Assembly: GCF_039654945.1 (NCBI RefSeq)
Contig: NW_027361759.1
Location: 3,224,001 to 3,288,000 of the forward strand
Length of the DNA stretch: 64,000 nucleotides
From: Dendrobates tinctorius
Taxonomy: Eukaryota
Reading direction: 5' to 3'
How positions within the stretch are numbered: position 1 is the first letter of the stretch; every line of letters begins with the position of its first letter. Below the pieces are notes generated by a model. The model did no database searches. It saw nothing but the letters and a program-made list of their open reading frames with translations, and had not been told where the DNA came from. The position numbers were made by a program, and so were the translations under genes. Below are positions 1 through 13,485 of the stretch, in pieces.

Positions 1-854
1 GTAAAGAAACTGCACCTCTGTGTCTTTCTCTCATTTCTCTGCACCCCAAAGTTCACAGCCATTTTTACTATTAATTTAACATCTTTGCCCTGGGACTATT
101 GCTCTACCTGTGGAGACCTATTTTCACCTCAGCTGTGACACAGTTTCAGGGGAACAACACCGCAGCGCTGGTCACCTCTGACCAGAATACCACAGGTGGC
201 ATCATGTATTTAACCATCTATAAACTTTATCTTAATTTTTACCACATAAATACCACATAACTTTCCCCTATTTTATTACTGGACGCCTCTGGGCCATGGA
301 CCGGGTCGCCGCCGCCATGACACCGTCCCCCATTGAAGTCGACAGGCCCGGTACCGAGTACCCCCCGGCCCCGCAGGGCCCTCAAGGAGCTCAGGCCATT
401 TCCCACACAGAGGCAATCGGGGATGAAGATGATGATTCTGTGGTGAACAAGACCTGGGAACCAGATAAGTCAAAGGAGTGTAGAGGAGGTGATGTCATCA
501 GAGAAGGATGTTGGCCTCATTGATACACAGTGCAGGCAACATGCAGCTAAATGATCTTTTGGGTCAAAATCTGCTTGTTCTGCGGACAGCTCTGAAGCAA
601 TGGATGCTGTACATGATGTTAGTGGAAGAGGCTCAACAACTGGAAGAATTGGTCGTGGTTATGTCAAGTTGTATGTGTCGGCATCCTGAGTGTGGAACTT
701 TTTGCACGCATTGCCAGTAGAATCCAATGGGCAAGGTGAAAAATTTGGACCTGGGCCCCTACCTGCATGTTGTTCAGATGTATGGGGCCTTGTAGCTTTC
801 TAGATCCTATAAAGATATGAGTGTTCACCCCCAATGTAATAAAGTCCCCCATCC

Positions 855-1765
855 TGGCTGTTTCCTGTAAGGATTTATCCCATTGTGTCCCCTTGCTGTA
901 ATAATGTGTCTCATTCTGGGTCCTTTCCTGATATAATGTTCCCCATCCTGTGCCCCTTCCGGTTATAATATCATCTGTGTTGTGCTTCTTCCTATTATAA
1001 TGTCATCCATCCTGGGCCCCTTCTTTACATAATGTCCCCCTTCTGGTATATCTTCCATCATGGGCCCCTTCCTATAATAATGTCTCCCATCCTGAGCCCT
1101 TCCAGTAATAATGTCACCCATCCTGTGCCTCTTCCTTGTATAATATCCTCTGTCCTGGGTCCCCATTCTGGCCTCATACTGTAACAATGTTCCCCATTCT
1201 TGGCCCTTTCAAATATTCATATCCCACATTATTTAACAGTGTCCCCTATCCTGGGCCCCTTAATGGTATATTGACCTCTATTCTGGTGTAATCTTCTCCA
1301 TTCTGGGACACATCTTGGTATATTGATCCCCATCCTGGTATAATGCCACACCTCCTGGGTCCCTTCCTTGTATAAAGTCCCGCATCCTGAGCCCTTTGAA
1401 GTAATAATGTCCTGCATCCTTGGCCCCTTCCTTGTATAATGTCCCCTGTCATGGGCCCTTACTGTAAATATGTCCCCCATCCTGGCCCCTTCCTTTACCA
1501 AAGTCCACCAGCCTGGTATAGTGTCCCTCATCTTGAACCCCATTCTGGTATAATGACTCTCTTCTTGGGTGCTATTCTGGTATAATGACCCCCATCCTGA
1601 GCTCTTCCTTATGTAATGTCCTCCAACCTGGGCCCCTTCTTTCTATAATGCTCCCCTTCCTGGGCCTCTTCCTTGTATTCTGGCCACCATCCTGGGCTAC
1701 TTCCTTGTATAATGCTACTCATCATGGGCCCTTTAGTGCTATAAACTTCTGGTATAATGTTCTGC
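855..1765. repeat. Degenerate minisatellite (~35-40 bp units, TATAATGTCCCCCATCCTGGGCCCCTTCC-like)
   Basis: Recurring TATAATG..CCCATCCTG..CCCTT motif throughout. Confidence 0.8.
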
Positions 1766-2893
1766 CACTCTTTTTTCTTTTTACCTTCCTCCGCTTCCAC
1801 AACACACGGCATCGTTTTTTGTAGCTGACTTGCATGTGCAGTGCATGTCACTGCCATGTGATGCTTGTGACTGGCTCGCCAATATCAGCTGCTGACCTCT
1901 GATAAGCGACTGTCATGTATTGCAATTCAGGAACTTGGCGAGTTTCTGCGTAGGAATACATTTCTGCTGAATGGGCGTCCTCTGATGTATGAGGTTCAAC
2001 CCGAGGGCGAAGATGGGGCATCAGGAACATTGATGCATCGCAGAATGCTTTGTTCCTGTGTGTCTCAGGGAGTAGAGAGAATAACCAAGTCTTTGCAAAA
2101 ACTCTAGGGAAGATTTCCACAGTTAATGTATAACAGGATGTTTGCAAGTCAGGGCCACCATCTACTGGCCAAATAATGTATAGCAAGAAAAAGTGGAAAG
2201 GATTGCATCAGCAGGAACTGCATAACAAAATGCCTGATTCCTGAGAGGAAGAGATTGGAGAAGACACCAGATCAGGTGACATCTGTGGCCCAGGTAATAT
2301 AAAGGGCCCAGGAGGGCAGTGAATAGGAAGAGTCGGCACCTGAACCTGTAGCAGGACAGACGTGTGGAGCCACGAGGTTGGCTTATGGCCGCCAAATCGA
2401 ATGACCAGACACGAGTGAAGAGTCAAGTGACCAGACCCGAATGAAGAGTCAAGTGACCAGACCCGAGTGAAGAATCGGGTAACCAGAATCGGGGGCAAGT
2501 GACCAGTGCTAAGTAGCCGGAAAAGGAAACGAGGGGCCAGCTCTAAGAGATCCGAGCGAAAGGAGCAGAGCCAGAGCAGAGAGAGACGACCAGGCCGTTG
2601 TAGAGGGGCGTTCAGGTTAGGTAAGACTTCCGGTGTAAATGTATGGTACACATGGAACCGGTGTCGTGCTTCAGGGAATGAATGGCGGCCCACATAGAGG
2701 TTGTGCAAAGTGATTAATCGAAAAGTGACTTGCGGGATAATGGTGTCATACGCTCCATTAGGGCTGGTATTATGACTCTTAATGCCTAAAGAGTGACAGA
2801 GAGATGGCAGTAATGAGCCTGATAGTAAAGGTGACGGACCTCAGGTTAAGGTACTATGACCAAGACATCTGTGATGAAAATATTTATTTGTAA

Positions 2894-3961
2894 CTAGCTG
2901 AAGAGCCCGACGCTGCCCGGGCATAGTAACTAACTGTGGTTAGTTACAGCAAATTATAATTATCCTCCATCCCATAGTCCCGTGCCCATATACCCATCAT
3001 ACAGATCCACGATCCCATAGGCCTGTGCCCATATACCCATCACACATCCTCCATCCCATAGTCCCATGCCCATATACCCATCACACATCCTCCATCCCAT
3101 AGTCCCATGCCCATATACACATCATACATATTTGCCATCCCATAGTCGAGTGCCCATATACCCATTACACATCCTTCATCTCATAGTCCCATGCCCATAT
3201 ACCCATCATACATATCCTCCATCCCATAGTCCTGTGCCCATATACCCATCATACATATCCACGATCCCATAGGCCCGTGCCCATATACCCATCACACATC
3301 CTCCATCTCATAGTCCCATGCCCATATACCTATCATACATATTCTCCATCCCATAGTCCTATGCCCATATACCCATCATACATATTCGCCATCCGATAGT
3401 TGAGTGCCCATATACCCATCACGCATCCTTCATCTCAGTCCAATGCCCATATACCCATCATACATATCCTCCATCCCATAGTCCCGTGCCCATATACCCA
3501 TCATACATATCCTCCATCCCATAGTCCAGTGCACATATACCCATCACACATCCTCCATCTCATAGTCAACCATTATGACATCATAATGAGCGGCGGGGCT
3601 TGCAACCTATGATGACATCAGCGTCGCCATGGCAACCATTGTGACATCATAATGAGGGGCGGTGCTTGATACGCACACACTGTTTCCCCCATTATGTAGA
3701 TAGGGGCATTATGACATCATAATGAGGGGCGGGGCTTGACGCGCATACACTTTTTCCCCAGTATGTAGATAGGGGCAAAATTGTTTGGTGAATTGGAATG
3801 TGCGGGGTTAAAATTTCGCCTGACAACATAGCGTAGGACGCTCTCGGGGTCCAGATGTGTGACTGTGCCAAATTTTGTGGCTGTAGCTGCGACAGTGCAG
3901 ATGCCTATCCCAGACATACACACACATACATACATACACACCTTGAGCCTTATATATTAGA
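2894..3961 (-). mobile_element. Non-autonomous Helitron containing a 41-43 bp minisatellite
   Basis: Minus strand starts TC (TCTAATATATAAGGCT, 3961) and ends with hairpin GCCCGGGCAGCGTCGGGC plus CTAG (2894-2897); inserted between A and T with no TSD. Confidence 0.8.
2960..3570. repeat. 41-43 bp minisatellite (CCATCCCATAGTCCCGTGCCCATATACCCATCATACATATCCT)
   Basis: About 14 visible tandem units inside the Helitron. Confidence 0.9.
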
Positions 3962-4601
3962 TATGTAAAATCCCTGCCGGCATCACTGCATAGATTCCCA
4001 TTCCCCATCAGGCTGATACACTGACTTACCACTCCGGGCCATGCTGTGAGTTCTGCCCTCCGCCTGCTCCATGCTGTAAACCACGTGTCCTCTGTTTGCT
4101 GGCTGTGTGCCTAGGGCGGCGGCGCCGCCTGCACTTCCTGTCTGCTGCCAGCTCCATGTTCTGTGCATGTTTCCTGGCTGTGTGCATAGGTGGGCGGCGC
4201 CAGAACTCTCTGCTTCTTATGGAGTCAGGGTGCACCTGTCTAATGTGTCCCTGACCAATTACCAAGAGCCCTCCAGTATTTAGGGCAGCTCCACCCTGTG
4301 GAACTTGCCTGTGTAATGTGTTAACTCTGTTAGTTTCTTGCTGCTGAGTAAGCCGGGTCCTGTCCTATGTTTTGCCTTCTCTGGAGGTTTTATTCCTAGT
4401 CTGTACCTTTTATAGTACCTCCGTCTGCCCTCCAGGAGGCAGAATATCCTGATCCTTGTACTATAGTTTCTTATTCCTTGCCTTATCCTGGTCTTTGTTC
4501 TAGCCTTGTCTTGAAACTATCCTCTCTGCCCACCAGGAGGCAGTGTCTCCTGGTTCCTGTGTCCTCGCGCCGTTATCTTGTCTGAACTCTGTCCTACCTC
4601 T

Positions 4602-5245
4602 TGTAGTGTCGGTGGTGGGGTGCCGAGCTGGGGGGGGTGGTCCTACTTTTATACCGCGCAGAGATGACAACAGAGACACGATGGAGGCAGATTCTGGGTG
4701 CAACAGGTCCAAGTTTATTTCTTCACTTGCCGTCCGACTGACGGCACACCTCGCGGCCCTCCGTTTCCAGAGCCGCTTCTCACACCGTACACTGGAGACG
4801 TGTCTGCACACACCGTCCCCTCCTTTACTGTCGACGCTCCTGACAGTTCCGTCACTGTGGCCGCCTTAGGCCCATTAACCAACAGCGCTTCTACTGCTCA
4901 GCCGTCGTGTCACATACGGTGTCTTACACCCAGTACCTCGTCTCAACTGCGGTCCTTTCCTGTCAGGACCACCCCCCTGACGTCCTCTCTCCTCAGTCCC
5001 CCTGGTCTGGATTCTCCTCAGAGTGCACAGACTGTCGTAGTCCTCCTGTCACTTGAGCTCCCCCTGGGGACTGGAACCCTCCCTCAGTATTTATAACTCC
5101 CCCGGTTCCTTGAAACTGTCACTCTAACTGTCACCACGCCCCCCATGACCAACAATTTCTAAAGCCCTAAGCTGCTGTAAAGTCCTTTGCTCACACTCCA
5201 CCCTGCCATCTAATGGTCATCCCAAGGTACTGCACGTCCACTACA
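4602..5245 (-). mobile_element. Solo LTR inserted in the LTR of element A
   Basis: Termini TGTAGTG...CACTACA (7-bp inverted); AATAAA on the minus strand near 4713; flanks CTCT/CTTT are an imperfect TSD. Confidence 0.65.
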
Positions 5246-5479
5246 CTTTCCTAGTTGTTTTCCCACTGTAATCACTGACTCCTACCTACACTGTGCAAAC
5301 CTATCTTTCTTCACTCTGACTAGTCCGTCCGTCAGGTCACCTTCCCTACACTCTGTCTGTCAGTCTCCTTTCCCTGCTGTCTCTTTCCTTGTGTCCTCTC
5401 TGTCTGCTTGTGCTCCGTACTCTTGCAGTTCTGCTTCTGCAGAACCTCTTGCTGCTCTCCAGCTCTTCTCCGCAGCCTT

Positions 5480-5800
5480 GCAGTTCTCCTCCAAGTGTGA
5501 ACAGGTCCAAACCTGTTCCTTTATACTCCATTCCTTCCTGCATCCCATGTGTGAGCAGGTCCAAACATGTTTCGTCATACTCCACCCCTTCCAGTCAGTA
5601 CCCGTACCTCCTGTGTGAACAGGTCCAAACCTGTTCCGTCATACTGCACTCCTTCCTGCCTATTCATGTACCTGCTCCTGCTGTGTGAACAGGTCTCTAC
5701 CTGTCCCTTCATACACCGTTCCTTCCTGCCTGTACCAGTACCTGCACCCGCTGTGTGAACAGGTCACTACCTGTTCCTTCATATACAACTCCTGCCTGCC
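5480..5800. repeat. ~55-73 bp tandem repeat (CTGTGTGAACAGGTC..ACCTGTTCCTTCATA) in the LTR of element A
   Basis: Five recurrences of GTGA(A/G)CAGGTC. Confidence 0.75.
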
Positions 5801-7107
5801 CTGTGTCTCAGCCATGCCACCGTCTCCCCAAGTGGGATCAGCAGCCACACACCACCCTGGAGTGGCACCTGGCTGCCGCACAAGCCTGACCTCACCATCA
5901 CAGGCTCCAGTGAAAACCAAGGCAGCTGTCCTAGTCACGCCCCTTCCAGGGTAGTCTGGTTTGTGGCACAGTGGGGCCACAACCCCCTGGCTCACGCCCA
6001 CCAGTCAGGGTGTGTAAGGCGTCGGGTTCCTGTCGCTGCACAGCAGGAGTCCCAAGCCTTGCCTTCGGCAGTCTCCCATTCCTCTTCGGCCGCAGAGGAA
6101 GCTACTCAGCAGACTCGTCGATCCCGGTGCTCTGCTCAGACCAGCTCTGTGGGTTTGGTTGCTGCTGCCACCTCTGGTCCAGCTATAGCAACGCATGCTG
6201 GTCAGCAGCGAGCTACTACAGGGACTAAGTCCTCCTTTCGGTCTACTGAGCATGCCCGTGGGACGATCTCTCATTGGAGATCGGAGGTCACATGCTCAGG
6301 TCCTTCTCCAACTCGGATTGGACCATCAGGAAGGTTCCAGAAGGACGTTGCTAAAAAAGGCTTGCATGGACGCTTGGCCATGCGCTAGTATGCACAGTAT
6401 TTGGTAGAGGTGTGTGTGTTGATGGGTGCTTGTGAAACGCAGACTGACTTTTTATGAAACCCCTTTCCTTTGATACGCATGTGGTTAGGGTTAGAGTTTA
6501 CAGTCAGCGCCGAGTTGTGACACTGCCTAGCGCCGCAGTGCTCCTGCTCCTCACCCATGCTAGCGCCAATGGGCGCCAAGCTATAAGGCATCACGGTACT
6601 GCCTCAAGTAGCTGCAACCGCCAGTAGCGGCGCCATGCGCACGTTGTGCGCTTTCCTTGCCCTAATCAGGGAAGTTAGTGGCGTTCGCAAGAGCGGTGCA
6701 GCACACACCTAGCGTGCTTATATTTCTATTGCTCTCTCTGGTACCGCAGCTGCGGCGCCGAGCGCTAGTGGTCTAGAGGGACTCTAACCCTGTGCCTCTG
6801 GGGCAGAGTCCTGTGACCGTATTCTAGCACTCAGCCGACCGAGGCCTGTGAGTTTTAACAGGCTTTGGTAGTTACACTCTGCGGCAAGGCGCTTCTGTGA
6901 AGCAACAGAACTCGCCACTGTACACACTGGGCGACTTTAACCCGCGTGTTTATATATTACTTTGCCGTATAGTCTCCGCCATTACTGAGCAGCAGTTTAC
7001 CATCTCTGCACGGTGGACTCCAGGCTGCGAACGCACCTCATTATCATTTTATTATTTGGTGCGTTCCACCAGCCTAACATTATACTAGCGCCAGGGTCTG
7101 GCTAGTA

Positions 7108-7973
7108 ATGGCGGACGAACAGCAACTGCAGCGGTACATCCAGCAGCTTGATGGCTCTCGAGCGCTCAGCCTCAGCTGTGGATGATACCGCGGTCGCTGT
7201 TCAGGCAGCCACAGAGGCTGTCTCCTGTGTGTCCCCTGCCATCCCTGTCCCGACTTTGTCCCGCTTCCCATTGCCCGAGAAGTTCTCGGGCGATAGTACT
7301 TCTTGTAGGGGTTTCGTGAGCTAGTGTACCATACAGCAGGAGCTGCTGGCTGCACGATTTCCCTCCGAGCGGGCTAAAGTGGGATTTGTTATTTCTCTAT
7401 TGTCGGGCAGGGCTCTGGAGTGGGCCACACCGCTGTGGGAGCGTGGTGATCATGTGGTGCAGAGTGCCTCGCAGTTCTTGGGCACGCTGAAGCAGGTCTT
7501 TTTGGGACCACGTGTCACCATGATACAGCGCTCCAGCTGCTGGCATTATCACAGGGCCCGTCTCTGGTTAGCCATTATGCCATCCAGTTCCGGACGCTGG
7601 CTTCAGAACTGGAGAAGTCAGATAAGACCCTCGTTCCAGTATTCTGGAGAGGTCTGGCTGACTATGTGAAGGACACACTGGCCACCAGGGAGATTCGCGC
7701 CACACTGGAGGAGCTTATCATCTCCACCCGCACAGACCTTTGTTTTTCGGAGCGAATGCTGAAACGGTCCCAGTGTAGGCAGAGGTTTAAGTTGGCACCC
7801 ACTTTTGCTAAACCTCCGGAACCTCCCAATCAGGCGTCCGAGCTCTAAGAGGCCATGGGGAATTCTCGCGAGGGATCCAGGTTCTGGTCCCGCGAGCACC
7901 CGTGGTCTGTCACATTTGCCGGCAGTCTGGTTACCCTGTCAACAGGTGCCCACAGCGGCCAGGAAAACGCTAG
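7108..7973 (+). pseudogene. Disrupted gag of Gypsy B
   Basis: Fragments such as FVISLLSGRALEWATPLWE and TLEELIISTR lie in different frames, with stops. Confidence 0.8.
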
Positions 7974-7979
7974 CCTCTA

Positions 7980-9345
7980 GTGGCTGTTGGAGGAAGCCTA
8001 CTAGATACAGCAACGTTTTCCTCCAAGCTGCCCTTTGAGGGGACGCTTGAGTTTGGCTCTTCCACTCTGGCGGTGGAGGTTTGCATGGACTCCGGGGCGG
8101 AGGGCAATTTCATGTCGTCTGCCTTCGCCCAACGGCACGCAATTCCTCTGGTTTTACTACCTCAGCCAGTCACCATCAGAGTGGTGAATGGAGCGACACT
8201 ACCCTCTCAGATCACCCACCAGACCGCCCCGCTGATACTCTCGCTGTCTCCTTCCCATCAGGAGACGCTATCTCTCCTTGTCATGCCCGAGGGTATCGAC
8301 CAGGTTCTCTTAGGGGTTCCCTGGTTGCGTCATCACTCTCCCCATATAGAGTGGTCCTCGGGGAGAATTCTCAGGTGGAGTAAATCCTGTGAGGGTAGGT
8401 GTCAGAGGGAGTGCGTTCAGGTTGCCTCCACTGAAGTCCACACAGATCTCTCCTCTCTTCCCAAATACTATCGACAGTATGCAGACGTGTTCTCCAAGAA
8501 GGCGGCGGAGACCCTTTCGCCTCACCGCCCCTACGACTGTCCTATTGACCTCTTGCCTGGTCCTGAGCCTCCCCGAGGTCGAGTCTATCCCCTATCTCTC
8601 CTGGAGACAGAGGTCATGTCTCAGTATATCAGGGAGAATCTGGCAAGGGGATTCATTAGGAAGTCGGTGTCACCAGCAGGGGTGGGATTCTTCTTTGTCC
8701 AGAATGGAGAACTACGTTCCTGCATCGATTACAGGGGTCTTAACGCTATCACTGTTAAGAATAAGTATCCTCTACCCCTGATATCAGAACTGTTAGATAT
8801 GGCTACGGGGAGCGAGAGTATTTACTAAACTTGATCTGCGGGGTGTTTACAACCTGATTCACATCCGTGAGGGGGACGAATGGAAGACGGCTTTTAACAC
8901 CAGGGACGGGCACTATGAATACCTGGTGTTGCCCTTCGGGCTCTGTAATGCTCCGGACGTTTTCCAGGACTTTGTGAATGACATCTTCTGTGATTTGCTC
9001 ACCACCTCGGATGTAGTCTATCTGGATGATATCCTCATCTACTCTCCAGATATAGACTCCCACCGGAGAGATGTTTGCAAAGTCTTCGACCTCCTACGAG
9101 AAAACTCCCTCTACGCCAAGTTGGAGAAGTGTGTGTTTAAGCAGGAGTCCTTGCCATTCCTGGGCTTTATCATCTCCACCCAGGGATTGGCCATGGATCC
9201 TGCCAAGCTGCAGGTGGTTATGGATTGGCAGGAACCTCATTCCCTCAAGGCGGTGCAGCGCTTATTGGGATTTATTAACTATTACCGCCAATTCATTCCC
9301 CACTTCTCAGCCTTGGTAGATGTCTTGGTTGCCGTCACCAAGAGG
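7980..9345 (+). pseudogene. Disrupted, truncated pol (protease-RT) of Gypsy B
   Basis: ORFs 7980-8828 and 8926-9372 carry DSGAEGNF, LLGVPWLRHH, PFGLCNAP and YLDD; frameshift near 8800; no RNase H or integrase. Confidence 0.9.
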
Positions 9346-11169
9346 AGGTCTCCAAGGCCTAACAGGGCGTGAGCATGACACTTAGCAGGAGATGCCTTGA
9401 AATGGCTCAACCCCCTCTGGGAAACAGGGGATCCTATCACCTCCAACCTACATGCCTTCCTGGTGGCCTTCTGTAAAGTCTTCAATGTGCCTAGTTCTGC
9501 TTCTTCTGCAAAGACTTCCCTTCCAAACTTCCAGAAATGAACCAGACGGGTGACGCCTGTGTGAAAACCGTCACGTCTGTCCACAACCGTCCAAAAACCA
9601 TCTGTTCTTCAACCTGTAAAAGCAGCTACTCGAGCAAAACCCAAGAAGGCTGACAAAAGTGGGCTGGCTGAGCAGCAGCCTGAATCCAGTCATGAGAAGG
9701 GATTGCGGTATCGCTGCGGTTGTGTGGCACAACCCTCTGCCCTGAAAAGATTAAACTCCAAAACCTTGGGAAAGTAGGAGAGGCTGCCCTTAGCGAGAGT
9801 ACTTCATCTCCACTAAGGTCTATGACTGTCTCCATGCCTTGTGGGAGCTTTGGTTCAGCAGATGTATTAAAGCTGCAAGCCATACGGAGTCAGTGAGTGA
9901 TTCCTGTTCAACAGCTCCAGAATCTGGTGAGGGTGTTGTCTGGTGATGAGCGAGCCCTACTCAAGAACAATCTAGTCTTGCAGGAACAACTACAGCTCCA
10001 AGTCGGAGCATTATACATGGAGAAGATCATTTTCCCCATGCTCTCTGATACGCCCATAGGTCATTCAGAGCCAAGAACTCTACTACCTGTTTGGGTCTGG
10101 AGACCTAGTGTGGTGCTTCTTTGGGAACAACCAAATCATGAGAGCTGTCTGGTTTCCATACGTTAAGGTCAGTCAGCAGTGTTAATTTCTTCACCTGGTC
10201 TACTAGTCATCGAATCATGGTGTGCTGACGTCACCAAAGAAAGGGGAGTGGTGGAGTTTTCTCCACACATCACCAACAATTGTACCAATGATCAGTTCCC
10301 AGGAACATCCCTGCCTCTGGAATGTCTTTCTCTGGATAACGGACAGAAGATGAATCCTGTGAGGGCGCCGTCAGTTTCTATATGGCCGGTTAATGAAGAT
10401 GTCAAAACGGAAGCTTTCACGTATCTGCTTTCCACTAATTAGGAGGAAGAGGTTCAGATTGTTGTATCTTCTGGGATAGGAGCTGACCTCGTCGGGCAGA
10501 GAGAGATTTGGCATTACGGGATTCCTGATATCACGCCTGCCTCATTCTACCCTAAGGATGTCTTGATGGACTGGACTGTGCGTGATCCTAAAGAGAGTTG
10601 GGCTATACTCTTTCTGCAGACTATCCTGGCAGACTTGAAGAAGAGGGGGTGTAAGGGGGGAGTACTGTAACATCCCTGCCAGCATCAATGCATGGCTTCC
10701 CATCTCCCGTCAGGGTGATGCACCGACTTACTCACTACTCCGGGCCATGCAGTGAGTTCTGCCCTTCGCCTGCTCCATACTGTAAACCACATGTCCTCTG
10801 CTTGGTGTGTGCATACTTCCTGGCTGTATGCCTAGGGCAGTGGCGCCTGCACTTCTTGAGTCTTAAAGAGACAGTGTGCGCATTCCTAATGTGTCCCCAG
10901 CCTATTGCCAAGACATACCGGGTATTTAAGGCATCTCAACGAATTGGAAGATGCCTGAGCAACATACTCTCTAAGTCAGTGCTACTAAGTTGCCAGGTCT
11001 TGTCCTGTTTCTGCTTTTGTTTCTGTCACCCTGGGGGCTGTATACCCAGGCCTGTACCTGTATCCTATGTGTCTTGTTTCTGTCTCCCTGGGGGGGTGTT
11101 TACCCAGACCTGAATCTGTCATCCTGAACTTTTTCCGGTGTCTGACCTTGTCTAAAGTAAATTAAATTG

Positions 11170-11700
11170 ACAAGGGGAATTGCTGACCAAAAAGGAGGAG
11201 CCCACCAGGAAATAAGATCCAATAATATAGTAAAAACCTTGAGGTACATAGTAGATACTGGTGATTCAATTTTTATTGCATAATGGATAATTGTACACGC
11301 TAGGCATAAACTGTGTTTGGTATAACAGAAAAACTAACGTTTCGGCCATAAAAGGGCCTTGTTACGGTTATCTAAACAAAATACAAAAGAAATCCATGAC
11401 CAAATCTACACCAGGCAATTTGGAAAAAATAATAGAAACAAGCATAATCCAATAGTATTCAGCATCATACTAATTAAGGAACATAATATTTCAAAATAAA
11501 GTAGTGCTTTAAAGAAAAGCATCCTCGTTCGTGGAAACGCACTGACATGTGCACAGACCCATTCACTTGAATAGACAAATAGCGCTCCGTTCCTCGCGAG
11601 TCTCTCCGCAAGGCTGCAAAATAGTATAAACTTCTGTGACACACCCATAGTGTAAATATGATCACTGCACCCGTAGATGTATTAATTGAGAGTTTTAGTT
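11170..11700 (-). mobile_element. Probable Penelope-like 3' remnant
   Basis: Minus-strand decayed hammerhead-like motif (AAGGCC..GGCCGAAACG, 11338-11368) with a downstream AATAAA; no coding remnant recognised. Confidence 0.35.
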
Positions 11701-11701
11701 C

Positions 11702-12927
11702 ATAAAGTGGGGTCACTTATGGTTGGGTTCTACTGTTTTGGCACCTCATGGGCTCTCCTAGTGAGTCATTACACCTGCAAACCATAAAAGTAAAATCTGG
11801 CGCTCCTTCCCTTCTGAGCGCTACCATGTGCCCAAACAGTGGTTTACCCCCACATATGGGGTATCAGCATACTCATGACAAATTGCACAATAACTCTTGG
11901 GGTCCAATTTCTTCTGTTAAGCTTGGGAAAATAAAAAATTGGAGGTGAAAAGATAATTTTTGTGGAAAAATTATGATTTCTTATTTTTACGGCTCTGTTA
12001 TAATCTTCTGTGAAGCACTTGGGGGTTCAAAGTGCTCATCACACATCTAGATAAGTTCCTTAGGGGGTCAAGTTTCCAAAATGGGGTCACTTGTGGGGGG
12101 TTTCCACTGTTTAGGGGCATCAGGGGCTCGCCAAATGCAGCGATCTTAATTCCAGCCAATTTTGCATTGAAAAAGTCAAACGGCGCTCCTTCCCTTCCGA
12201 GCTCTGCCGTGCGCCTATACAGTGGTTAACCCCCACATATGGGGTATCAGCGTACTCAGGACAAATTGCAAAACAACTTTTGGGGTCCAATTTCTCCTGT
12301 TACCCTTGGTAAGATAAAAAAAATTGGATCTGAAGTAAATGTTTTTTGTGAAGAAAAGTTAAATGTTCATTCAAAAAATTCCTGTGAAGCACTTGAAGGG
12401 TTAATAAACTTCTTGATTGTGGTTTTGAGCACCTTGATGGGTGCAGCTTTTAGAATGGTGTCACTTTTGGGTATTTTTTATCATATAGACCCCTCAAAGT
12501 GATTTCAAATGTGATGTGGTCCCTAAAAAAATATGGTGTTGTAAAAACGAGAAATCACTGGTCAACTTTTAACCCTTATATCTTCCTACCAAAAAAAATT
12601 GTGTTGATGCAAAGTAAATATGTGGGAACTGTCACTTATTAAGTATTTTGTGTGATATATCGCTGTGATTTAAGGGCATGAAAATTCAAAGTTGGAAAAT
12701 TGCGAAATTTTAGCAAAATTTTCATTTTTTTCACAAATAAACCCAAGTAATAGGAAATAAATTTTACTACTATCATGAAGCACAATATATGTCATGAGAA
12801 AACAACGTCAGAATCACCGGGATCCATGGAAGTGTTCCAGAGTTATTACCTCATAAAGGGACAGTGGTCAGAATTGAAAAAATTGGCCCCGTCATTAACA
12901 TGCAAACCACCCTTGGAGGCAAAGGGG
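11702..12927. mobile_element. Right end of a large non-autonomous TTAA-flanked DNA element (piggyBac-like terminus)
   Basis: Internal ~400-bp duplicated blocks (GGCGCTCCTTCCCTTC.GAGC..CCCCCACATATGGGGTATCAG at ~11800 and ~12180); ends GGGG|TTAA at 12927. Confidence 0.6.
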
Positions 12928-13089
12928 TTAATGGTTGCTAGGGGATCAAATGCTTATATCTCACTGCACAATGCAAATAAATTTCTCTAATTTATACAAT
13001 GTGATTTTCTGGATTTTATTTTTGATATTCTATCTCTCAATGTTAAAATTAGCCTACTCTAAAATAAAAAAAAAATCACAAAAATGATC

Positions 13090-13485
13090 TTTTCGCCGCC
13101 AATTTTTTATTTTCCCAAGGGTAACGGGAGAAATTGAACCACAAGAGTTGTTGTACAATTTGTCCTGAGTTCACTGATTACCCATATGTGAGGGAAAACC
13201 ACTGTTTGGGCGCGCAGCAGAGCTCGGAAGGGAAGGAATGCCGTTTGACTTTTCAATGCAAAATTGGCTGGAATTGAGATCTGAATACCATGTCGCATTT
13301 GGTGAGCCCCTGATGTGCCTAAACAGTGGAAACCCCCTACAAGTGACCCCATTTTGGAAACTAGACCCTGCAAGGAACTTATGTAGATGTATGGTACGCA
13401 CCTTGAACCCCCAAGTGCTTCACAGAATTTATAACGTAGAGCCATGAAAATAAAAAATCATTTTTTCTACATAATGATTTTTAGC
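13090..13485. mobile_element. Inverted fragment of the same family as 11702-12927
   Basis: Reverse complement of the ~11950-12330 block. Confidence 0.7.

Larger units (their letters stand above)
6013..9345 (+). mobile_element. 3'-truncated Tf1/sushi-type Gypsy element 'B' (LTR 6013-7079, gag, PR, RT)
   Basis: LTR TGTAAGG...CCTAACA followed by non-tRNA PBS TTATACTAGCGC; gag ATG at 7108; protease DSGA; [13 protein letters not shown]. Confidence 0.85.
3964..11150 (+). mobile_element. Old degenerate Gypsy LTR element 'A', host of two nested insertions
   Basis: Related LTR starts at 3964 (TGTAAAATCCCTGCC) and 10666 (TGTAACATCCCTGCC); polypurine tract AAGAAGAGGGGGTGTAAGGGGGGAG before 10666; decayed gag-like sequence from ~9375. 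The two LTRs are clearly diverged and the right end is truncated. Confidence 0.6.

Noticed and set aside
1-850. Short ORFs and possible LTR end at the window start
   Set aside because: Looks like decayed TE sequence, but I cannot assign termini or a family.
7980-9372. Domesticated PEG10/RTL1-like gene
   Set aside because: LTR, PBS and multiple frameshifts show an ordinary decayed retrotransposon; the same holds for element C.
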